Below, piece by piece: positions 24,799 through 32,000 of a DNA stretch of 32,000 bases. Where the stretch lies: positions 240,001 through 272,000 of the forward strand of contig NC_010163.1 of assembly GCF_000018785.1 (NCBI RefSeq), given 5' to 3'. Position 1 is the stretch's first letter; every line of letters starts with the position of its first letter. Origin of the DNA: Acholeplasma laidlawii PG-8A. Its GTDB lineage: Bacteria; Bacillota_I; Bacilli_A; Acholeplasmatales; Acholeplasmataceae. The notes below the pieces were generated by a model. That model searched no databases, was not told the DNA's origin, and saw nothing but the letters and a program-made list of their open reading frames with translations. The translations under genes and the position numbers were made by a program.

Positions 24799-26009
24799 AA
24801 CTAAACTATTTTGGAACTGATAAACCACTGAATTACTTTAATACAGATAAACAAGTCGTGATACCTGAAAAATTTAACTTAAAACCATTTAGAGCATTTT
24901 GGATATCTAATGTCTTAAATATTGATTTACCAAATATGAAAGATCCATCTTATAAAGATAAAGTCATAGAAATGCTAGACACCGCTAAAGCATATAACAT
25001 GACAGCAATCTTTTTTCAAGTGCGTACAACAAATGATGCTTTCTATAAATCCAAGTTAAATCCATATTCTAGATTCTTAACTGGAAAAGAAGGGGAAGTA
25101 CCTTTATTTGATGTATTAGAGTTTGTTATTAAGGAAGCTAAAAATAGAAGTTTAGAAGTTCATGCTTGGTGTAATCCATATCGCGTAAGTATGAAAACTG
25201 ATATGACTAAGTCTGAGTATTTAAGTACACTGGATGATTTAAACTTTGCTAAAAGACATCCAGAGTTTGTGATAACTGATAAAAATGGTCAACTTATCTT
25301 AAACCCTGCAAAAGAAGAGGTGAAAACTTTCATTATCGATTCTATGCTAGAAATTGCAGACAACTATGATGTAGATGGTATTCACTTTGATGATTACTTC
25401 TATCCATATGCAGGTTTAAGCGATAGCGATAATGATGCATCTGATTTTGAACAAAGAACAGATAAATCACTAACTCTAGGAGATTTTAGAAGAAATCAAA
25501 TTACGGATGTTATAAGAAACTTAAACAAAGCATTAAAAGAAAAACATCCTAATTTAAGATTTGGAGTATCTCCATTTGGTATATGGAAAACTAAAAAAAG
25601 TGATGAATTAGGTTCTAATGTAGATCCACAATGCAGTCAATCTTATGATAATCAATATGCAGATAGCTATTTATGGATAAAAGAAGGCATAATTGACTAC
25701 ATCGTACCACAACTTTACTGGGATTTTGAGCATAAACTAGCACCATTTGCTGATTTGGCTTTATGGTGGGCAGAGGTATGTAAAGGTTCTAATGTGGATT
25801 TATATATTGGTCATGGTCCATATAGATATGGTGAAAAAGGTGGATATGAAAATCCATATGAAGTCGTAAATCAGCTTAAATTTGCTAATCAATTTGATAA
25901 TGTAGTTGGTAATGTATTCTTTACTTACAAGACATTTATCGATGAAACAAAACAACAACAAGGTATGCATCTTGTTAAAAAATTACTGAATGGAAGTGAG
26001 GATGTTTAA
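24795..26009 (+). CDS. GHL10 / DUF187 (YngK, Cwp19 catalytic-domain family) glycosyl-hydrolase-like protein, no signal peptide
   Basis: 404-aa ORF with an ATGA overlap with the GH4 gene. Motifs: FRAFW, HAWCNPYRV, DGIHFDDYFYP, FGVSPFGIW and VPQLYW. It visibly resembles the C-terminal domain of the next ORF across these motifs. Confidence 0.8.
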   Translation: MKLNYFGTDKPLNYFNTDKQVVIPEKFNLKPFRAFWISNVLNIDLPNMKDPSYKDKVIEMLDTAKAYNMTAIFFQVRTTNDAFYKSKLNPYSRFLTGKEGEVPLFDVLEFVIKEAKNRSLEVHAWCNPYRVSMKTDMTKSEYLSTLDDLNFAKRHPEFVITDKNGQLILNPAKEEVKTFIIDSMLEIADNYDVDGIHFDDYFYPYAGLSDSDNDASDFEQRTDKSLTLGDFRRNQITDVIRNLNKALKEKHPNLRFGVSPFGIWKTKKSDELGSNVDPQCSQSYDNQYADSYLWIKEGIIDYIVPQLYWDFEHKLAPFADLALWWAEVCKGSNVDLYIGHGPYRYGEKGGYENPYEVVNQLKFANQFDNVVGNVFFTYKTFIDETKQQQGMHLVKKLLNGSEDV

Positions 26010-29000
26010 TGAAGAAAGTAATTTTACTATTATTAACACTCGTATTAACATTAACTTTAATACCGACAAACGAAGCACATGCTTATCCAGAACCTGAGGT
26101 TCTAACTTCACCTGGTGAATTTAGAGCAACCTGGATAACCCATTTTATTGGTAGTATGCCTGCATACTCAACAGAACAAGATTTTAAAAGTGAAGTAAAC
26201 TCCATATTAAATAATATGGAAGCGAATAATTTAAATGTCGCAATCGTACATTTTAGAACACATAATAATGCACTTTATAAATCTGAAATTAACCCAGTTG
26301 CAAGTTGGTTTGCAACAGTAGACTTTGATGTCTTTGATCCAATGGCTTACTTTATTGAAGAAGCACACAAAAGAGGGATTGAATTTCATGCATGGTTAAA
26401 CCCTTACCGTGTACTTTCTACGTATCAAAGAGGTACCATTCCGGCAAGTAACCCACAAAGTAACCCTGCAAACCTTTTATCAAACAAGGAAGGTACTGCA
26501 CACATTTTAAACCCTGCATTACCAGTAGTACGTGAGCACGTTGTAAATACGATATTAGAAATTATTGAAAACTATAATGTGGACGCAATCCACTTTGATG
26601 ATTATTTCTACATGGAAATGAACAACGGTGGTATTTTAAATGACCCAGACCAAGCTTTATTTTTATCCAATCCATTAGGTCAACCAAATACTGTTGCTGG
26701 CAAAAGTAACTGGAGACGTACTCAAATTAACACTTTCATTGAACAGGCATCTCAAGCTATTAAAGACTTTAACCAAGCCAATAATCGCTATGTTCAGTTT
26801 GGGATATCTCCAACAGGTATTTATAGAAATGGTGATGGTGAAGTTACCTATGACCAAGACGGAAAACCTATTACAAATGGTTCGAAAACACAAGGTCAAG
26901 AACACTATGCATCTTATTTATTTGCTGATACAGTGCACTGGATTAGTGAAGGTTGGTTAGATTATATTCTTCCTCAAAGTTATTGGGCGAGTACCCATTC
27001 ACTTGCAGGATTTGATAAAGTCATGGGATGGTGGGATAAAGTTGTAAGATACTTAGATGTTAATCTATATTCAGGCATTGGACTTTACCTTGCAGATGCA
27101 GGCATTGCTTCAAACGTCTATTCATGGCGTGATAATCCAGAAGAATTTAGTAATCAAATGGAATTTTTACATTCTTTAGAATCAAATCAAGGATTTTCAA
27201 TTTATTCTTATAACATGATAAGAGATGCAGGTTTAAACTTTAATAGACCTTCACAAGCAAACCTATTTAATGCAAGAGATGATCATTTTCAAACAAAAAC
27301 TGTTTTACCACCATTAAAAAGTATGACACCGGTGCATCTGCCTGCTGTTTCAAATGTGATACATAATCCTGCAAATGGGTTATTAACGTTTGATGCACAG
27401 AGTGATGCTAAATTCTACTATATCTATAAATCCAGTAATCCATTAAACTATGTGGATGCTGAAATTATTGATGTTATACCAAATGATGGTCAAACTACAA
27501 TTACTTGGAATTCTAATGACACATCCACTACAAACAATTATGGTGTACGTTCTATTTCTTATACCAATCATTTAAGTCCTGCATTTGAAAGCAGTATAGA
27601 CGCACCATCGCATGAGTTTACTGGTACATTTGATGGTGTTAGATTTACATCACAAGTAGAACTAGAACTTAGTAGTGCGTATGATATCTTTTATAGTTTA
27701 GACGGTAATACATGGGAAAGTTATACAACGCCTATTCGTATTATCACAAATGGCCTAAATACAATCTACTATAAAGCAGTGGATAATTTAGACAATGAAT
27801 CTTTCGTAAAAGTTTTAAATTTCTATACGGAAATTAAAAATGAAGTACTACCAACAATTGCAATTAATGGTACACCATCTGGTACAAGTTACTTAGTAGG
27901 TACTAAAATTGAGATAACATCACCTGAGCATAATATTTGGGTCAAGATAAATCATGGCAGTCCAGGTACTTGGGTACCGTACGAGGGTCCTATCACTTTA
28001 ACATCAACAGGTAATTATGCAGTATTTGCTAAAACAATTGATGATGGTGGTATTGAATCTGCTGAAATTCAACAAAATTTACGTATTGTCTCAAGTTACA
28101 CTACACCAACACTTGAAATAGCAGGTGATGGTGTAGATCCAAACTATGACTGGTTAGAAATTACCATTAACTTCGATCAAAATGCACCCGAACCAAGATA
28201 TCGAATGAATGGAGGAGCTTGGATACAATATGTAGAACCGATTTTATTTGAACAAGTTGGTCATTATACTATGGAATATCGTAATGGACCACTAGAGCCA
28301 ATATATAGTAAAACGTTTAACATTGTAGAAGGTCCAGGAGAAGTTACTGTTGACATTGAAGGTAACTTAGTGGAAGGTACATATATTGGACCTGTCACAG
28401 TTACTTTAACGCCTAATCAATCAACAGATAAAATAGAATATAGATTATATAATGGTCAAAATTGGACTGCATGGTCTAATTACACATCACCAATTGAGAT
28501 TGCTACAACAGCAAATCATAGAGTGGCTTACCGAGTAACATCTCAATCAGGTATAGTTTCTGATGATGTAGAAATTAGAGTACCAGTATCTATTCCAATT
28601 ACCGAAGACAATCCATTCGTCATTAGAAATGGACAAAATGTCTATTACTATCAAACAAATACACCGGTTGCACTACCAACAACATACACAGAAAAAGATA
28701 AAGAAATACGTGCTGTTTGGGTTGCTACTGTAGCGAATATTGATATCACACAGTATGATAATGAAGCAAACTACAAGAACCAAATTATTAGTATACTAGA
28801 ACGTATGAAAGAACTTAAATTCAATACGATGTTCTTCCAAACAAGACCAATGAATGATTCATTCTATCCATCTGAATATGCACCAATGTCAAGATTCTTA
28901 TCTGGTACAGAAGGTGTAGGCGTAGGTTGGGATGTCTTAGAATTCTTAATTACTGAAGCACATGCACGTGGCATAGAAGTCCACGCATGGATGAATCCTT

Positions 29001-29995
29001 ACCGTGTAGCGAGTGGTTCTACAGCATCTATTGAAGATCAATTAGCACTACTACATGATTCAAACTTTGCAAAACAAAATCCATCATATGTAGTTCAAGA
29101 TAAGGGCGGTGCACTTATCTTAAATCCAGGGATACCTGAGGTTAGACAGTATTTATATAATATCGTCGATGAGATAATGGAAAACTATGCAATAGATGGT
29201 GTTCATTTTGATGATTACTTCTATAGTTATAGTGGAACAGAAGACAGTCAGGATGCAGATGCATTTCTAAATTACAATCCAAATAATTTATCACGTGATG
29301 ACTGGCGCCGTGAAAATGTTAACATGTTTGTGAAAACTATTTATGAACGTGTTGAAGCACATAATGAAGCAAATGATATGCATGTGAAGTTTGGTATTTC
29401 TCCATTTGGAATTTGGAGAAATAAAACTCAAGATGCTCTTGGTTCTAACTCGCAAGGTCTATCTAGCTATTCAGCTCAATATGCAGATTCTAGAAAATGG
29501 GTTAAAGAAGGCTGGTTACACTATATTATTCCTCAACTATACTGGCAATTTGATCACTCAACAGCACGTTTTGCAGATTTAGTGGACTGGTGGGTTGACG
29601 TGGTTAAAGATACCAATGTGGACTTAATTATTGGACAAGGTTTCTATAGATATGCAGAAAACTCCAATAATTGGACAAATGAATCTGAGTTCTTAGAACA
29701 ATTAAGATATATGTCACAATATGATGAAATCATTGGTAGTTCTATTTTCTCTTATAAAACGCTAAATTCTAATCATGCACTAGTTAGTGCAGCACTTGCT
29801 AGATTAGAAGGGCATTATTGGACTAAAAATGTAGAACATACATGGGAAACACATATGAATGATGAAGACCCGACACCAGAACCTACACCAGATACACCAG
29901 CAAACTTTGATATTGTTATATTTATATCAACAGTTTCATCATTTGTAGTATTATTGGGTGTTGTTATATTCATTGTTGTAAAGAAGAAGAAATAA
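26009..29995 (+). CDS. Large surface protein: signal peptide, GHL10 domain, Fn3-like module, four beta-sandwich repeats, second GHL10 domain, Pro/Thr linker, C-terminal TM anchor
   Basis: 1328-aa ORF with a TAATG overlap. Signal peptide ends ..NEAHA|YP. GHL10 motifs occur twice (HAWLNPYRV/DAIHFDDYFY and HAWMNPYRV/DGVHFDDYFY). The linker is DEDPTPEPTPDTP and the anchor is FDIVIFISTVSSFVVLLGVVIFIVVKKKK. Confidence 0.85.
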   Translation: MKKVILLLLTLVLTLTLIPTNEAHAYPEPEVLTSPGEFRATWITHFIGSMPAYSTEQDFKSEVNSILNNMEANNLNVAIVHFRTHNNALYKSEINPVASWFATVDFDVFDPMAYFIEEAHKRGIEFHAWLNPYRVLSTYQRGTIPASNPQSNPANLLSNKEGTAHILNPALPVVREHVVNTILEIIENYNVDAIHFDDYFYMEMNNGGILNDPDQALFLSNPLGQPNTVAGKSNWRRTQINTFIEQASQAIKDFNQANNRYVQFGISPTGIYRNGDGEVTYDQDGKPITNGSKTQGQEHYASYLFADTVHWISEGWLDYILPQSYWASTHSLAGFDKVMGWWDKVVRYLDVNLYSGIGLYLADAGIASNVYSWRDNPEEFSNQMEFLHSLESNQGFSIYSYNMIRDAGLNFNRPSQANLFNARDDHFQTKTVLPPLKSMTPVHLPAVSNVIHNPANGLLTFDAQSDAKFYYIYKSSNPLNYVDAEIIDVIPNDGQTTITWNSNDTSTTNNYGVRSISYTNHLSPAFESSIDAPSHEFTGTFDGVRFTSQVELELSSAYDIFYSLDGNTWESYTTPIRIITNGLNTIYYKAVDNLDNESFVKVLNFYTEIKNEVLPTIAINGTPSGTSYLVGTKIEITSPEHNIWVKINHGSPGTWVPYEGPITLTSTGNYAVFAKTIDDGGIESAEIQQNLRIVSSYTTPTLEIAGDGVDPNYDWLEITINFDQNAPEPRYRMNGGAWIQYVEPILFEQVGHYTMEYRNGPLEPIYSKTFNIVEGPGEVTVDIEGNLVEGTYIGPVTVTLTPNQSTDKIEYRLYNGQNWTAWSNYTSPIEIATTANHRVAYRVTSQSGIVSDDVEIRVPVSIPITEDNPFVIRNGQNVYYYQTNTPVALPTTYTEKDKEIRAVWVATVANIDITQYDNEANYKNQIISILERMKELKFNTMFFQTRPMNDSFYPSEYAPMSRFLSGTEGVGVGWDVLEFLITEAHARGIEVHAWMNPYRVASGSTASIEDQLALLHDSNFAKQNPSYVVQDKGGALILNPGIPEVRQYLYNIVDEIMENYAIDGVHFDDYFYSYSGTEDSQDADAFLNYNPNNLSRDDWRRENVNMFVKTIYERVEAHNEANDMHVKFGISPFGIWRNKTQDALGSNSQGLSSYSAQYADSRKWVKEGWLHYIIPQLYWQFDHSTARFADLVDWWVDVVKDTNVDLIIGQGFYRYAENSNNWTNESEFLEQLRYMSQYDEIIGSSIFSYKTLNSNHALVSAALARLEGHYWTKNVEHTWETHMNDEDPTPEPTPDTPANFDIVIFISTVSSFVVLLGVVIFIVVKKKK
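27611..28582 (+). repeat. Four tandem protein-level repeats of about 65-85 aa (chitobiase/hexosaminidase C-terminal or Fn3-associated-like beta-sandwich) inside the 1328-aa ORF
   Basis: Recurring pattern hydrophobic-x-L/I-x...(I/W)xY..(N)GG/G.W..Y..PI......G.....A.D..G..S across aa ~535-605, 615-692, 700-772 and 780-858. The repeats are diverged at the DNA level. Confidence 0.6.
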
Positions 29996-31038
29996 TGGAT
30001 AGAATTAAATCGTTTTTACAAAAAGGTGTGGATGAAGCGCGTTTTCCTGGCGCACATTATGCACTAATTACAAAAGATAATTTGATCACTGATTTTGTTG
30101 GGTATAAACAACTATACCCAACAAAAGAAGTGCTAAGTGGCGATGAAATATATGACGTTGCATCTCTTACAAAAGTCATATCAACAACAACGCTTATATT
30201 AAAGTTGGTGGATGATAACTTACTTTCTTTAGATACGAGGTTGCAATCAATCTTGGGTAGGTACAAACATCCACATACAACCATAAAAGAATTGCTCATT
30301 CACGCTTCAGGGTTACCTGCTGATGTACCAAAAATTAGAACGGTAAAATCTAAAGAAGCAGTAATGGATATTATTTTTAGTATGGATCTAATTTATGAAC
30401 CAAATACTAAAGTTGTATACTCTGATGTTGGTTTTATCTTACTTGGAAAAGTGATAGAAAAAATGTATGGCATGCCAATTGATGAAGCTGCCCAAAAATA
30501 TATCTTTAATCCTTTAGGTATGTTTGATTCAGGGTATAGACCCGAAGTAGATAGAGTAGCACCAACAGAAGATCATGACGATGATTTTTCAAAAGGACTA
30601 CTTAAAGGTAAAGTGCATGATGAAAAATCCTATTTATTAGAGGGGTTAGCGGGTCATGCAGGTTTATTTTCTACGGTGTATGACATTGGTTTATTTATTC
30701 AAAGTATATTAAATGATAAATTTGTGTTAAGTAAGGATATGACAGATAGACTATTCTTACCTCAAATTACCGATGACTCCTTAGGTTATAAGGTAACTAG
30801 AACACTTGGTTACTTAAAGCCGTATGAAGATAGTTTTGCAGGATCAAAAAGTGATTTTGATAACACAATCGGGCACACTGGTTTTACTGGGTGTCATATG
30901 TTTATTGATAAGAAAAATGACATTGGATTTGTATTATTATCTAATGCTGTTCATCCAAAACGTAGTTTAAATAGAATTATCGGTTTAAGAAATGAATTAG
31001 GCAATATAATTTATGAGATGAAAGTAGAGAAAAAATGA
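29995..31038 (+). CDS. Serine hydrolase of the beta-lactamase/PBP-like family (AmiE/YbbE-like), no signal peptide
   Basis: 347-aa ORF with a TAATG overlap. It has the SxxK motif ASLTK (Ser57, nt 30163-30165), YSD in place of YxN, and GHTGFTG (H-T-G box). Confidence 0.8.
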   Translation: MDRIKSFLQKGVDEARFPGAHYALITKDNLITDFVGYKQLYPTKEVLSGDEIYDVASLTKVISTTTLILKLVDDNLLSLDTRLQSILGRYKHPHTTIKELLIHASGLPADVPKIRTVKSKEAVMDIIFSMDLIYEPNTKVVYSDVGFILLGKVIEKMYGMPIDEAAQKYIFNPLGMFDSGYRPEVDRVAPTEDHDDDFSKGLLKGKVHDEKSYLLEGLAGHAGLFSTVYDIGLFIQSILNDKFVLSKDMTDRLFLPQITDDSLGYKVTRTLGYLKPYEDSFAGSKSDFDNTIGHTGFTGCHMFIDKKNDIGFVLLSNAVHPKRSLNRIIGLRNELGNIIYEMKVEKK

Positions 31039-32000
31039 AGAAAATATTTGCAATATTTAGTTTAGTATTGGTTAGTTTGATTACAGCATGTACTGCAATA
31101 GAAAAACCTGATGAAATTACATTAAGTTTAAGTAGTGGTCCAATCCAATTAGAAGTTGGTAAGACTCATCAGTTATCTATTACTACAAATGATACTTTAG
31201 GTTATGATATTAGTTCATCTAATCATGAAGTAGTAACCGTATCAAATACAGGGTTAGTTACTGCCTTAAAAGAAGGTACTTCAGTAGTTACTGTAACATC
31301 TAAGACTAATGAAGAAGTATCTAAAAGTGTCAACATCCATGTAACTAAAACATATAACTTAGTGATTGAAGAGCCATCCACATATTTATGGGCTGGACAA
31401 ACACTTCAATTAAGTTTTGAAACATCTGGTGAGGAAGTTACATTTAAATCAGACAATGAAGCTGTTGCAACAGTGGATAATAACGGTTTAGTTACGGCAG
31501 TAAGTCCAGGTAACTTTAAAATTACAATGACATTAGCATCAGATATTTCTGTTAAAGCAGAAATTAGTTTAGTAGTGTATGATGAAACATCAACCATTTT
31601 ACTAGAAGGTGACTCTAAGTTAAATGTGGGTCAAACAACAAAGTTAAGTGCCATTTTAGGTCCTGAAACTGCAGCACCTGCTTTAGCATGGTCATCTAGT
31701 GATGAGTTCGTTGCTACAGTAGATGATGAAGGTACAATCACCGCACATAAATCTGGTGCTGTTACAATTACAGCAACTTCATTAACCTCTACAGAGGTGA
31801 GTGCAACGCATTCGATTCTAATTGTTAATGAACTAGTAGTCGATGGTGAAGCAAAAACTGGTGATAAAGTCGTCGTTGAGGATTTAGAATTTGAGTTTGG
31901 AACGACTTTATTTAATACTTTAGAAGCAGCACTTGATACTGCAACTGATGGCGCGCATATTTATTTAAAAAATCTTGAACTTTTAACACTTACTATACTA
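31035..32000 (+). CDS. Lipoprotein with three Big_2 (bacterial Ig-like group 2) domains, 5' partial (continues beyond the window)
   Basis: ATGA overlap with the upstream gene. The frame is open for all 322 codons to the window end by manual translation. Lipobox LITAC (MKKIFAIFSLVLVSLITAC). Three repeats of the G.T.QL....(S)SN..VATVD..G.VTA...G...ITA pattern. Confidence 0.8.
   Translation, partial: MKKIFAIFSLVLVSLITACTAIEKPDEITLSLSSGPIQLEVGKTHQLSITTNDTLGYDISSSNHEVVTVSNTGLVTALKEGTSVVTVTSKTNEEVSKSVNIHVTKTYNLVIEEPSTYLWAGQTLQLSFETSGEEVTFKSDNEAVATVDNNGLVTAVSPGNFKITMTLASDISVKAEISLVVYDETSTILLEGDSKLNVGQTTKLSAILGPETAAPALAWSSSDEFVATVDDEGTITAHKSGAVTITATSLTSTEVSATHSILIVNELVVDGEAKTGDKVVVEDLEFEFGTTLFNTLEAALDTATDGAHIYLKNLELLTLTIL

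Noticed and set aside
16676-31597. Short ORFs 16676-16909(-), 17001-17213(-), 17965-18240(-), 20370-20723(-), 20648-20842(-), 21622-22026(-), 22141-22344(-), 22266-22448(-), 26675-26905(-), 26694-26960(+), 29391-29582(+), 30057-30299(-), 31406-31597(-)
   Set aside because: Each is nested in or antisense to a longer ORF with recognisable family motifs. ORF 17001-17213 also overlaps the tRNA-Leu gene and its promoter. None has a convincing RBS.
17135-32000. Mobile-element or defence-island hallmarks next to the tRNA (integrase, transposase, att direct repeats, restriction-modification, toxin-antitoxin, CRISPR)
   Set aside because: None of the ORFs shows recombinase, transposase or Cas motifs. 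I saw no repeat-spacer periodicity and could not find a copy of the tRNA 3' end downstream by eye. The island idea is kept only as a low-confidence finding.

Overview
This is an AT-rich bacterial chromosome segment that reads cleanly with the standard code (TGA is a stop, TGG is Trp). Gene content and order fit a low-GC Firmicute or Mollicute-type genome. An Acholeplasma-like host is my inference only and is not provable from this window.

The window splits into two parts. Positions 1-17.1 kb are housekeeping:
- mnmL/mnmM (ytqA/ytqB) on the minus strand
- a DUF1189-like membrane protein
- polC (1504 aa)
- a BI-1/YccA-type membrane protein
- a Phe T-box leader followed by pheS-pheT
- rlmN, rsgA, rpe and thiamine pyrophosphokinase
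- divergent rpmB
- a DAK2/FakA (YloV) protein
- a monocistronic tRNA-Leu(GAG) with its own promoter and terminator

Positions 17.2-32 kb look accessory:
- a DUF2130 gene (coiled coil plus a PD-(D/E)xK-like domain) broken by a 1-nt frameshift
- a lipoprotein plus secreted phosphodiester glycosidase (NAGPA-like) pair
- a MurR/RpiR regulator with its own terminator
- a tightly coupled six-gene operon (ATGA/TAATG junctions): anmK, a divergent GH4, a signal-less GHL10, a 1328-aa membrane-anchored double-GHL10 protein, an AmiE-like serine hydrolase, and a Big_2 lipoprotein that runs off the window

The most interesting candidate is this operon. I read it as a non-canonical peptidoglycan / anhydro-muropeptide harvesting and salvage locus. 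It appears to be built on GHL10 (Cwp19-type lytic transglycosylase) domains plus a GH4-like enzyme that has lost both canonical Mn2+ ligands. Within the window there is no NagZ, MurQ or transporter.

Four cre-like 14-mers (TGAAAnCGT...) sit on or beside the promoters of the three accessory transcription units, which suggests a shared regulon.

I saw no CRISPR array, IS element, integrase or rRNA.
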